In this document: positions 23,879 to 36,330 of the stretch, piece after piece | Position numbering within the stretch: the first letter of the stretch is position 1 | Layout: the number at the start of each line of letters is the position of its first letter | Source of the DNA: Hypanus sabinus | Taxonomy: Eukaryota | NCBI RefSeq assembly: GCF_030144855.1 | Contig: NC_082710.1 | Coordinates: 40,362,001-40,426,000 of the forward strand | Length of the DNA: 64,000 nucleotides | Reading direction: 5' to 3' | Position numbers and translations under genes: made by a program | Notes under the pieces: generated by a model | Database searches by the model: none | The model's input: the letters and a program-made list of their open reading frames with translations, nothing else | What the model was told of the DNA's origin: nothing

Positions 23879-24706
23879 TTAGAGATGAGAATCCACAGCA
23901 GTAGGGAAATTCTCATTCAAAAAGCTTCTCGCTTCAGATGTAGAAAAGAAAACACGCCGTGATGCATTGGGAGGCGATATTCTGAGCTTCGCAGGGTATA
24001 AGAGCGCAGGTTTTAGATTTTTCTCATAACATTCGGACATCAGAGGTTTAAAAAGAAGACTTGCCTTCATTACTTCTGAACTAAAATCTTTCACTAATCG
24101 AAAATTGAATTCTTGAAATTTGACCACCGTACACGCCGAGCCACACGAATAAGTTGCTCTTTAACATGCACATAATGAAATCGGACAATTACAACCGGTG
24201 GTTTAGCTGAAGCACTTGGTGATCGACGCATAATTCTCTGAGCACGATCGAGTAACGGAGGACTGTTTGGGAATACAGAAGGGAACGCATCACTTCGAGG
24301 GGTCCCCTTGTTCAGTACCTTCCGGGAGACCAAGTATGCGTAAGTTCTGTCTTCTGGACCCATTCTCAAAGTCGACACTCTTGGCTTTAAGTGTTTCCAC
24401 CTGTTTAATCGTCGAAAGTAATTTCTGCTCCAGTTTTTCAATTATAAAGTCTCGCTTCCGAGCGTCCTCTTGCAAAGTTGCGATTAGAACTTGCTGCTGG
24501 TTAATAACTGAATCCGTCTTATCCATATAATCTTGAAAAGCCTTTATATCTTGTTTGAAAATTTGTCGTTGTTCTTCAAATTTTTCATTTAAAACCTCCA
24601 ATAATATTTCATAAGTCAATTCAGTGCGCTTAGGATCGGTCTTTTCCTTCTTCCCATTCCCGTTAGGATCCTTCCCAGATTCTCACCCTTTAGATCTCAG
24701 AGCCAT
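23879..24706 (-). pseudogene. L1 ORF1p (coiled coil, RRM, CTD); premature stop and frameshifts
   Basis: ATG at 24706 (MALRSKG*E..); motifs DFENGSRRQNLRILGLPEG, LLDRAQR, VIVRFHY, ALLYPAKLRI. Confidence 0.92.
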
Positions 24707-25764
24707 TTCTGTATTCATTTCTTCAAAATTCACAGTACACTCTTAAAGATAAGTCCAAAAAAGTAGCAAGAATCTTTTGGTGTAGGTAAAAGTAAGTTAA
24801 ATAAGGGTGATCATAGGTTAAAAAAAGTAAAGGTTATGGAGCGAATCTGAAACAATGCTAACTCCATGAGTGTCTCCTGCTGACCTCTTGATGTTATATT
24901 CTGATCATCCTTCTTCTTCCCCCTCACTCCTAGTGCTGGTTCATGACCCAAAACATCAACTTATGCATTTTGACTCTGCAAATGCTGCTTTAACCTGCTG
25001 GGTTCTCCCAGAAATCTGTCTCTCTTCCAGATTCCAGTATCTACTGTCTCTTTTCTGTCGGTGTAAGCAAGGACTTGGTGATTTATTCGCGATGTAATTT
25101 CCAGCCATATGGACTGACTCATAGATTGCTACAAAATAAGTGGCAGAGAAACAGGCCATTCTACCCGGAGAGTAAATATTGGAATTCACTCTATTTCTTC
25201 ATTTATGTTCATTGTCTATTCAACATCAAGGAGAATGTTTAAGTATGAATACTTACTGTGTACTACAGGTTGCAAGAGCATGAGCATGGGTCTGGGTGCC
25301 TTGTTAGAAGTAACCTGATTATTCAAGATTCAAGATTGCTTAATGTCACTTCCAATACACAAGTGTAAAAGAAAATGAAACAAGTGAATAAATTTGCAAC
25401 TATTTAAATATGCTTTTATTCAGATTACTTGGCTGAGAAAAGAGCGGCCGTGGAAGAGGGTCGCTGCAAAGGAGATGCATTTGTATGCAGCCACCTAGTA
25501 CATCCTCTCATAGACTGGTATAAAATGGGAGTCCTGTAAACTCCAGCACTTAGAGGCATCAGTGAACACACATGGCATTCCCATTCTGAAGAGGTGTTTC
25601 ATGTACAGCCAACAGAAGTCAGGAGAATTACCATCTGGCATGGCACCCTAAAATTGTGGAAATATAGCAATCAGAATTTTTCTTCAGGTTGATGTCCCCA
25701 GCGTGTTGTTAGGGGTGAGAAGAAAAGAGGGCAGACATGATTTGAGTAAATCCAAATGCTTTTT

Positions 25765-26615
25765 GTAAGGTTGAGGTATACAAAATTATGAGGAATATAC
25801 ACTCAGTGGCCACTTAAATGGTTACTTCCTGTACCGTATAAAGTGGCCACTGAGTTGTGTTTTCATTGTCTTCTGCTGATATAGCTTATCCACTTCAAGT
25901 TTTGACGTTTTGTGCACTTACAGATGCTCTTCTGCATAACGCTGTTGTATCACATGGTTATTTGAGCTACTGTCACCTTCCTGTCAGCTGGAACCAGACT
26001 GGCCATTCTCCTCTGGCATTTTTGCCCACAGAACATTCACTCACTGGATGTTTATTTTTGTTTTCAGTAAACTCTAGACACTATTGTGTGTGAAAATTGC
26101 AGGAGATCAGCAGTTTCTGAGATACTCAAACCACCCCGTCTGGCACCAACAATCATTCCATGGTCAAAGTCACTTAGATCACATTTTTTACCCACTCTGA
26201 TATTTTGTCTGAACAACAAGTGAACCTCTTGACCATGTCTGCACGCTTTCTTACATTGAGCTGCTGCCACCTGATTGGCTGATTAGATATTTGCAGTAAC
26301 AAACAGGTATACCTAATAAACTGGCCACTGAATGTAAGTAACAGAGATCGTAGGAAACTTTTCCCTATATCAGAACAACAGAAAGCCAGAGGACATAGAT
26401 GTAGGCTAAGATGGAAGATGTCTAGAATTGATATGAATGGAACCATCTTCAGCTGGATTGTGGTATGTGAGTGGTTGAGACTGAGTCACTGACTACATTT
26501 AACAGATGTTCAGATGAACAGTTCTGAGAGACTGAATTAATACAGAAGGGTTTCCACAGGTCAGCATGGAGGAATTGGGCTGAATGGCCTGCTTTCATGC
26601 TGTATGATTCTATGA
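25765..26615 (+). mobile_element. CR1 3' end, interrupted by the Tc1 MITE
   Basis: ttgaggtatacaaaattatgagg..aaacttttccc..gggctgaatggcctgc..tgtatgattctatga tail. Confidence 0.75.
25800..26334 (-). mobile_element. Tc1/mariner-derived non-autonomous element (copy 2)
   Basis: TA flanks; TIR cactcagtggccac / tggccactgaatg; ORF 26064..26270 GKKCDLSDFDHGMIVGARRGGLSISETADLL (Tc1 paired-like domain). Confidence 0.92.
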
Positions 26616-27693
26616 CACTTGATCTTTATAAATGAAGGGGAATTAAAAACATTTCCCCACTTGATTACAAAACCTTGCATATTCTCAAGCCTCTATAGAT
26701 TGAATGATGCCCATATTGTGCCCGCTGGCAATAGTCAAATATAGACATCTTCCCACTGACTTCAGGTAATCCACTGTTCCGAACCTAATAGGCAGCATAG
26801 TGGCATATCTAATAGATCAGCTCTAGTAACCAGTCTTATTCTGGAGCTGCCTATATGGAATTTATGCTTCGATGAAAGATTTATATGTGGAATTTCACCT
26901 CTTGACTCTCACTCCTGATGCAGCATTTTGAAGTGAAAAGTTAACAAATTACCCCCCCGCCCCCCTACCATAGATAATGCTGAGTTCTTATCGCAGGCAG
27001 TTTGTAACTCCTCAATAACCACAACCATCAACATGCAGGGCTCCCTTACCTTGTTACCTCTGATTTTTACCCATACAGGAACATGTCGGTCCTTAACACC
27101 AACTATTTCTCCTTTGAATGCTTCCTACTGTGCAGATGTAGACTAGTCTGTAATACTTCCAGTCAACCTTAGCCGGATCCTGTCTTACTCCAATGAAGCC
27201 AGCTTTCTCCGAACTTTAGATACTTATTCATTGTCCATCCTTATTCTTTTCATAATCAGTTTGAAATATATGGAGTTATGGTCACTATTTCCAAAAATGC
27301 TCCCCCACAAACTCTTCCACTACTTGACAAGCTTCATTCTCCCAAAATAAGATTGCATAATGATGCAGTTCTGGTTATGGTAATTCTCAAGATATCATTG
27401 GTGGGGGATGATAATGATAATACCATTAAATGCCAGTTATATTACTTCTTAATAAAGTTGACATTTGCCAGTGGCTTTGCGCCAGAATTATAACTTACCA
27501 TTTATGAACCCATACTGAATATCATCTAGATCTGCATGCTGGAGTGAGCTGCTTTATTAGCAGAGGAACTGCAAGTGGGATTGAACATTCGGCAATCATC
27601 AGCAAACATTTCTACTTCCAACCTCATGATGGAAGGAAAGTTATTGCTAAAACAACTGAAGGTGGTTGGGTCTAGGACGATCCTGAAATAATG

Positions 27694-28339
27694 TGAAACG
27701 CAGTGGTTTCCTCAGCTGCGTAAGACAACCTCCGGCCCCGCCAAACTTGTGAGACTGTGCAGCGCTACCGCCCCAAACCCCAGTTTGTGTGGATGCTGTG
27801 TGATTTGCTACCCTGTTACAAATCAGTGCCACAAAATAACAGACAGTACACTGCGTACGATTAAAGGAGCTGTATTTATAAATCTTAACTAAAGGATTAG
27901 TAAAGAATAACAAAAAGAAGAGGGCCCATTCTAATTAAACAGTCAAATGTGCACAAGCTGGAGCTCATCTTGAACTTCTCCGTCACTCACGCACTGGGCC
28001 CTCGGTCACCGTGAAAGCCTACACCACCTTTCGAACGTTGCTCACAATCCATCAAGAACAAACAGGTCTCCCACAGGATCGTATGCTACGACCGGTGCTC
28101 CCCAGTGTCTTCTCTCTTCATCTCCTCTCAAACAAAAACCCCAAGCTCAACCTTAGTGTCCCTCAGCAGAGAAACCTCCCCTTAACCCGACCATCCTAAT
28201 TGTATGGCACACATTTCTCCTCTCTCTTCCCTTCAACTGTTACCCAAACAAGCATGAAAACAGAACAGACTTCACTTACAGAACTGCCAAAATGAAATAC
28301 ATACAGCATAACAGCAAAAATATGAACCAGGGCATTACA
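27694..28339 (-). mobile_element. Solo LTR (probably Gypsy/Ty3), inserted in an old CR1-like LINE fragment
   Basis: Minus strand runs TGTAATGCCC...GCGTTTCA (TG..CA); 4-bp TSD aatg/gatg with one mismatch; the flanking LINE sequence is continuous across it. Confidence 0.72.
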
Positions 28340-28371
28340 GATGTCCTAGGCTAGGATTATTGATCTAATTC

Positions 28372-28692
28372 CAGTGGCACTTGGCAAAGCATTGTCACAA
28401 TTTCCTCACATCTCCATCAATGTGGGTTCAATCCTAGCATCCGGTGCTACCGGAGTAACATTTGCAAATTCTCCTTGTGAACACATAGGTCTGACCTGGG
28501 CACTGATTTCATCTCACATCCCAAAGGTAGGTAAGTGGACAACAGTAAACTTCCCTTGGTACAGGCAGGCCAGTGGGAGAATTAAAGGAATTTTGTAGGT
28601 ATTTGGGGAAGACAGGTTACAGGGTAACAAGTGAAGGAATGGGGTTAGTGGATTTGCTCTGAGAAGTAGCATAGATGATGGATTGAATGAAA
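28372..28692 (+). mobile_element. HE1-like V-SINE, decayed, CR1-type tail
   Basis: gggttcaatcc B box; tttgcaaattctccttgtga..ctcacatcccaaag V domain. Confidence 0.7.
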
Positions 28693-29799
28693 TATCAAAA
28701 ATAAATATGAGAACTTCCCCAAAACATCCTTTTTGTGAGGTAAGAATCCATCTAATGATATATTGCAGAAGAAGCATTTTATCTCTCCGGCTATGATTGT
28801 ATAATTTTCTATTACTAATTAAATATAACTATTGACAACTGTTTTGAGCGCAATTAAAACTTTTACAGGTATCTTTTTTTAGATGACTTGGTTATGATTA
28901 GTAAGCTTACGAGATCAAATCCAATTGAAAAAATTTGGCATAGCCTTATAAGAACTATATATGGGCAGGGTTAAATGTAATATGTTAAATATAAAAGTGA
29001 TGACTTGAATTTATGACTTCTAGATTATAAATGATGAACAAATATTTGTTGTTTCTGCATAGATACTGCAAGAATATTATGTAATCATTTATCTTTATAC
29101 TGAACTATCATTATCTGAGCAAGTTCCAAGTTCTGGTGAAAGGTAACAAGATATGAAACTTGTGTTATCCCCTTAACACTCCAGTGTTGGCTAATCACAG
29201 TTACTGAAAATGGGTATTCGTCGACATTTTCACAAATGTATGGTATATATCTGGATAGTCAGGTTGAAAGCTAGTTTGATTTATAACATTTCTATTTAGT
29301 ACCTAATTTGATGGACAGCATCATTGAGTGAACTGAAGGGCCTACTTCTGTGCTGAGTCTTCCGTGAATCTGTAATTCTATGAATCTGTAATTCTATAAT
29401 TTCATTTAAGAACATACATATGAATTAGGAACAGGTGTATGCTATTTGCTCCCTCACTGCTGCTTCACCATGTCATGGAATTGGGGCTAATCTAATCATA
29501 ACTTTAGCTACACATTATTGTCTACCAACAAAATCTTTCATCCCTTCACTGATCAAGATTATGTCTGTCAAATGGTTTTGTGAAAAACACTATTCTGGGC
29601 ATCAGGTAAAGCTAAATATGTGAGACAAATGCATGACCAATGAGGTAGGCAAGAGCTTCCTTTGCTCGCTAACAAAAAAGTATAAATTGGATCCAGTCAA
29701 AGGTTCTGCTATCCTGTTGCATCTGGCCATGAATTGTGATGAATAATAAAAACGTTAATCTGAGGAGGAGGCTTCATGAATATTCCTGCCCTGTCCTGT

Positions 29800-30262
29800 C
29801 CCATTCTTGCAGTATCATAGGAAAGCAACATCCATCATCAAGGACCCCCACCATCCTGGCATGCTCTTTTCTCATTGCTGCCATCAGGATGATGGTACAG
29901 GAGCCTCAGGACCCACAACTCCAGGTTCAGGAACTGTTATTAGCCCTCAAACATCAGGCTCTTGAACCAAAGGTGATAACTTCACTCATGCTAACTCTGA
30001 ACTATTCCCACAAACTATGGACTCCCTTTCAAAGACTCGTCATCTCATGTTCACGATATCTATTGCTTTTTTTTGTATTTGCATAGTTTGTTACCTTTTG
30101 CATAAGTTGTTTGTCTATCTACTTATGTGCATTTTTCTCATGATTTTATAGTGTTTATTTGTACCTACTATGAACACCCGGAAGAAGATGAATCTCATGG
30201 TTACATGTGGTGACATATATGTCCTTTGTTTATAAATTTACTAAGCACTTTCTGAACTTTAA
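29800..30262 (+). mobile_element. Rex1/Babar 3' end
   Basis: catccatcatcaaggacccccaccatcctggc..; tail ggtgacatatatgtcctttg..ataaatttact..gaacttt. Confidence 0.8.
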
Positions 30263-30544
30263 TTAATGGTTGGGGCCTAGATGTGAGCATTAAGATAAGT
30301 CTGAAATGCTCACAATTTTGCTTAACTTGAAAGGCCAGATAGATGATCCATTTCAATTGTCTCCTGCAATCCTATCCTCAGAGAAGTCAGTCTTTCATTG
30401 GCTTGATTCACTTAATGTGATACAAGAAATGGCTGAGAGCACTGGAGTCAGCAAGCCTATGGGAATAGAAATTGTTCCAGCAATAGTTCAGCAGACTTGC
30501 CATGCAGATCTGGCTATGCCTCCAAACAAGCTGTTCCTCTACAA

Positions 30545-30880
30545 TTACACAGCACAGTGATCACCCTCATGGAAATGTTATATCTAAATGCAAGTGACCC
30601 TGATTCAATTCAAACATCTCATGCTGTGTGGAAAGAATTTGTAGTTTCTTCCTGTGCCCCCTATTACCTCAGATTCTGCACATATCCAAGGGCCATCCCG
30701 ACTAGCAGGTTAATTGGCCACAGTAAATTGCCACCAGTGCATAGGTGAGTAGTAGAATCTGCAGAGGTTGATTAAAATGTCAGTGCAGTGGGCAACAGGG
30801 AGAATCAGTAAGGAGTGGAATTGGTCATGAGCTGGCATGAACTCAGTGGACTAACATGTCCACCTTCCATGTGATAGGGA
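30545..30880 (+). mobile_element. HE1-like V-SINE, decayed
   Basis: tgattcaattc B box; ctgtgtggaaagaatttgta..catatccaag..ggttaattggccacagtaaattgcc. Confidence 0.7.
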
Positions 30881-32124
30881 ATTATGGATATGGTGGCATC
30901 AATCTGACATTGGGGAAAATGGGTGAATGGTACAAGGTTTGTCTGGGGTGTAAAAAGCAGAAGACAAATGGAAGTTTTAATGTGCGTAGAGGATAGAGCT
31001 AATAAAGTAACAAACTGAACATCGTGGGCCAAGAGTGCTGTACTGTGCTGTGGTCTTCTGTGAATGTGTAAACAATGTGAAATAAGTGATGATCTGAAAT
31101 TGTTGGATTCTCTCTCGAATGCAGAAGAATATGAAATAAAATGTTTTTCCCTGAGCTCTGTTGGATCGAGCAAGACATCAAAGGGACATGAGGGTGGCAA
31201 TAAAGAATTAAAGTGACAGGCAACTGGGAGCTCATGATCATCCCTCCAGACTAAACAAAAATGTTCTCCTAAGCCAGCATCAAATTTATGTCCAATGTAG
31301 AGAAGATCACACAGTGAGCACCAAATGCAACACATTGCTGAAGTGGTTTATTTTATTTATGCAATTTTCAGAGATGCTGAATCAACAGTAAAGCCATTTT
31401 TTTTACTACCAGACCAAATTGCCCTGGAATGATATGACTTGCTAGGTTATTTCACGATGAACTATATTGATAGAACCAGAGTCAAACTTAGATGGGGTAG
31501 GATAAGATGAGACTTGCGCTCTGGACAGCCATCCAGTAGGTTCTGTAGCGATTAGGTCTCGAGACTACGTTCTCATAAATTCCTGATTACTAACTTAATT
31601 TTAATTCCACAGTTACTATGATGGAACTGGAACACTGGTCTCATGATGGTTAGTCTAGGCTTCTGGATGAACCTCTCTTGTAAGTTAATTGTTGTGATAT
31701 CACTATATCCATGCAAGTAAGCGGTTGCTTTACCAAGGAGTGTTTGGGTTATGAATGACGGGATGATGGGAGGGATAAGAGTCGTATACTCATGCACTTT
31801 TGAAGGGAAGTGCTATGGGAAGGTGGTGTGTATCTATGGAGATGACAGGGTAGACTAGAGGTTCATAGAGGGAATGCTGAATGAGACAGAAAGAGGGAAT
31901 GCTAGCATCATGTCTGATGTAGAGAATGATCTCATTGAATGTAGTGACATATAGGGTAGAAGGTGAGGTTAACGAGTATCTTATCGCAAAAGCTACTAGA
32001 TCAACGTCTAGTAGGAAAATAGAAGGTGAGAGAAGAAGTGGACGAATGGAACAGATGTGGTTGCTGACCCTATCTCTTATGGTGGAGGAAAGGTCATGAC
32101 TGGGGGATAAAGAAAGAACTGGTA

Positions 32125-32620
32125 TCAGGATGGTATTGTCCATCACAGACAAATCCCTCCCCATTACGGAGTGCATTTACATGAAGCACTGCCACAAGAA
32201 AGCAGCATCCATCATCAAACATCCCTGCCATCCAGGCAATGCCCCCTTCTCTGACCCAAGGCTTCTGTACTTCTTTCCCAATGTCAGGAGGTACTGAAGC
32301 TTTAGGTCTCACACCACCAGGATCAAGGACAATTATTACTCTACAGCTATAAGGCTCCTGAGCCAGTGTGAATAACCTCACTCACCACTGTTCTGAACTG
32401 ATTCTCCAAACTACAGACTCGCTTTCCTGGTCTCATGTTCTCAGTATTGTTGTTATTTGCACATTGCTTGCTTGTCAGTCTTTGTTTTTGTTTCTTGTAA
32501 GAGTATATTTTATTGTCCTGTAGATGCCTGCAAGAAAAAGAAACTCGAGGTAGTATATGGTAATGTATTTAAGTACTTAGATCATAAATTTATTTAGAAA
32601 ATTGAACTTTGAACTTTGAT
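32125..32620 (+). mobile_element. Rex1/Babar 3' end nested in the Penelope element
   Basis: gcactgccacaagaaagcagcatccatcatcaaac..; (GAACTTT)n tail. Confidence 0.8.
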
Positions 32621-33899
32621 TGTCAGTGCCAGTACATCAGAGATGAAGAAAGAAGGAAAAAGGACCGAGGCTCTTCTGAGGAAGCAATCAGAGGAATGCA
32701 ACCAAGGTTCCTGTCGGAGTTGTGGGCTTGTAGGAGATACTTGTCTTTAACCTATTCACCGAAATCGTGGTAGACAGAAATAGACGGGGTGAAAGTGGCA
32801 GCAATGATGATGAAATGGCTTCTGTATAAATGCAGGATGCAGTATCAGAACTATCATCAGTTTTCCGGGAAGAAAGTTCATTTGTCTGGATAAACTGAAT
32901 AGGAATATTCCACGTATCTCACAAAGAGATAAGTACTGCTTGAAACTAAGTGTATTTCCATAACTGCACTTTCGATTTGGAGGAAGAAGAGAGCAAATTT
33001 CATGAAATTATTCAATGTGTGAATGAGATCATCTGGGGATAGAAAAAGATGAGTGGGAAGGGGAACTGTTTGGAGCAGTATTCAAGAAAAATAGTGAGGA
33101 ACCTCAATTCCATCCTAGTGAGGGAGGGACTGAACATTCACGTTGAAAGTGAAACAGCCTGGACCACAAAACTAGAAACTGTCAAAGTGATGGAATGTGT
33201 CAGCAGTGTGACTAATGCATATGAGAAGAGACTGATGAGGGGTGGAAGGGCAATGTTTCAGGAAGAAGAATTGCGTTTGTAGGATAAGAACCAGCTGGAT
33301 CAATGGGTCATGGTCCCAAGGGAAGTATGAGGAGGTGTCAGAGAGCTGGTGCTCAGGTAATTTGCCAAAAAGTAATAGCACTGCACTTGTCAGTAAGTTT
33401 GATGACAACGTGTTGGTCCTTGGTGAGTGGAGAGTTGTAGTCAGAACGATGTATGTCAGGGTGAGTTAGTGGAGTTAAAATGTTAAAATGATCAATGTCA
33501 TGTCAGCAGTCAGCAGCAATAGGTTTAGAGAGGCTGAGCCTAAAGGGAAGGGACAGGACAGAATGAAAGCTGAAAGAAGTTTCCGCAATCTGGGGTGAAA
33601 AATCCTGTCCCAAAAAAAGGGTGTAAAAGCAAAGGCCATGGAAGAAGAACTCAGTATAAAGGCAGAACAGACACAGAGTTTGGAATGGGTGTAAAGAAAT
33701 GATGCTGAAGACTCTGTTGATAACTGATTATTTGTCTTTTCAGAGGAAAACATCAGAAAGGATTGTGAGAGCATGACAAGTGGTAAGAATGAGAGATGGA
33801 TTAGGGGGGGGGGGGGAAAGAAAAGCCTAAAGGTGTATTGTAATTCAGATTTGTTGAAGTTTGGGATCTTCAACAATCTGAAAGGAGGGGATCAATACT

Positions 33900-34172
33900 T
33901 TTTATTTAAACTCAACGAGTCAGGAATAGATTCTTCCCCTCTGCCATCAGATTTCTGAATGGATATTGAACCCATGAACACTACCTCAGTACTTCACTTT
34001 CTTCTCTTTTTGCACTATTTATTAATTTAACTTTACATATATACTTATTGTACATACTTACTGTAATTTAGAGTTTTCTTTTATTATGCATTGCATCATA
34101 ATGCTGCTGCACAACTACAAATTTCACAATATATGTCGGTGATATTAAACCTGATTCTGATTCTGATCTGAT
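33900..34172 (+). mobile_element. Rex1/L2-type 3' end nested in the Penelope element
   Basis: ttcttcccctctgccatcagatttctgaatgg..gatattaaacctgattctgattctgatctg. Confidence 0.78.
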
Positions 34173-36044
34173 CTGATGCAGTGAAGAGTAAAGTGAAACT
34201 GAAGACAAGGATGGCTCTGAGGTTAACTTGTTGTTGGTGCTGCAGGGGAGAGAAGAGCTTGTATGGTACATGCTGAGAGCAAATTAAGTGTGGATATCAT
34301 AATCTGGTGAGAAACAATGATTCCAGAAGCAGCGAAATTCTTGAAATATAGCTTGGAAGGAACTGACATGTCAGAGGTGGGGTTTCAGTCGAAGAAATAA
34401 GTTGGAAGTAAAGATATCAACTGAGAAGAGAGCTGTGATCATGCAAAAAAATGGCAAATGCCTTATCAAAAACAAGAAATGAAACAGAAATCAATGAAGG
34501 TGAACAAGATATAAAACTTTCAGCCCTCTGTTTATTACAGATCAATCTGACAGCAACTTCTGTAGGCAGTGAAATGCAAGTCCTAGCAGTTACTGTCAAA
34601 GATACATTACACAATTTGTGTTGATGCAGTCCTTGTCAATAGACACAGCACTGAAACAACTGAAAATAAGTTATTTGACTACACTTGCAAATTATTTTTT
34701 AAATTCACAATAAGTGATACGTACTGCTGAACAGCTACTCTTGGCATTAATATCTTTATTTTACGAGCTCAGGTGCTTGTTCATTTATAAGATGTTAAGT
34801 TGAAGGCTGAGAAAGGAGAACAATGTTGTAGTTTTCCATATGACTGTTCCATCACATTCCCTTGATTTTATCTATATTTATGAATATCATAATGTAAGTT
34901 TCCTTCCTGGTTTGTTATCTGTGTGTTTCAGCGAAGAAACTCATGGGCATTTGCCCTTTTCACGTAAATTTCAGATCTCCTGTACAGAGAACCATATTAG
35001 ATCTGCAAATATGGTTTACAACAAGTCTCTCAATGACTGTTTAGTGATGCAAGCAGTTCTGCATTCCTGAAAGCAAAAATTAGACCATTCTTTTGGAAGT
35101 TGATATGAATAGGAACACTTATGCCAGTTGCCTCAAATTACATCCTTATTTTTAAAAAACTCAAAATATTTGAATATTTACTTACTGAATCTCAAATATT
35201 TCCTTGTCACAAAAATTGAATCAACACCTTAAGAAAGACTCAATCAAGCCCTTTAAGCATTCTTGTTGCTTTTCCAGCTACCTCACTATTTCTGCTCTCT
35301 TTTTCCACCACTCATTCAATGTAATTTTTAAATATATTGCTCATTGTAATTTATATTATTTTATGTATGGCATTGTGTAAATTTCATGAAACATGTCAGT
35401 GATATTAAACCCAATTCTAATTCCGATTCACCATAGATAAACAATCAAAATAATATATAATATCTTAAATATATAAATATTTCAGCATTATTCAAGAAAG
35501 AAAGCTTAGTCATAAACTCAGTCATACCATTGCAATTCTCCCCTCAGGACTCTTGGATTGACAACCTACTTCATTTCCAGAGATTCCACTCCAGATCTGG
35601 CACCAGCGTGCATTTTCCATGCTTTCATTCACAGCTGCCTTACTGCATCTTTATTGTGCTTTCCTGGCTTGCAGACCTGTGTAATAAAGCAAAAATACAG
35701 AAGAGCTAAAAGAAAGAAGTAGAAATGTCAAGAACTCAATTAGAGGGATGTGCATTTGAAGGAATGGTACATGAAGGAAAATGTAATTGTCTGAGGCAAT
35801 GAGACTAACTATAAGTAAGAGAGAACCTGTATAAACTGAATGAGTTTCAACTTAATAGAAGAAGTTTCTTCTGTGCTTCGGGAGAATAAGTTATTGTATT
35901 TGCTAATTCTGTGAAGATAATTTTCGGTACTTTAATTTGAAGAGGACTTTGTGTTGGGGTGTAACTTCAGAAATGAGAGACAGCAGTATAAATGTTAGGG
36001 AGAATAAGACAACATGGAATTAGACAATCAAATTGAGAGGGAAT

Positions 36045-36330
36045 ATGAATCAGAATTAGGTCTAATATCACCAGCATATGTTGTGAAATTTGTTAACTCT
36101 ATGGCAGCTTTACAATGAAATATATGATGAATAAATATAGAGAAAAAATGAGTTACATTAAGTACATAAAAGGTCTATTAAATTCTTAAGTTAAAATAAG
36201 TAGTGCAAAAAATAAACAGGAAAAAAAATGCAGTGAGGTGGTGTTCCTGGGTTCAATGACCATTTAGATATTGATTGACAAAGGGGAGGAAGCTGTTCCT
36301 GAAATGCTGAGTGTGTGCCTTCAGGACAGT
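36045..36330 (-). mobile_element. Rex1/L2-type 3' end
   Basis: gaatcagaattagg tail..gaagctgttcctgaaatgctgagtgtgtgccttcagg. Confidence 0.7.

Larger units (their letters stand above)
18929..24888 (-). mobile_element. Full-length L1-clade LINE (~5.96 kb), inactivated
   Basis: Perfect 14-bp TSD tgatgttatattct (18915-18928 / 24889-24902); ORF1, ~770-bp spacer, ORF2, AATAAA and A-rich tail. Confidence 0.96.
18290..25060 (+). mobile_element. Penelope (Neptune-type) GIY-YIG and pLTR: parts 18290-18928 and 24903-25060, split by the L1 insertion
   Basis: ORF 18213..18482 DSLVCSSLP..GTLPCNHGKHSTSAFTSYFTTIQETKQPFQVR, then ANLVYCI; the pLTR resumes after the L1 (gacccaaaacatcaac..atgctgc..acctgctgggttctccc). 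Confidence 0.82.
30960..34510 (-). mobile_element. Old near-full-length Penelope (Neptune-type) element with nested insertions
   Basis: N-terminus LVFDKAF..LQFHFTLHCI (34170-34500); RT VVIKLTDKCSA and EHQLSDTSSYFPWDHDP (ORF 33172..33408); GIY-YIG CCIWCSLCDLLYIG..GEHF..PVACHFNS (ORF 30805..31335). Confidence 0.8.

Noticed and set aside
25424-25690. GC-richer unique segment after a tttattcag acceptor-like site
   Set aside because: All three frames hit stops quickly and resemble no protein I recognise
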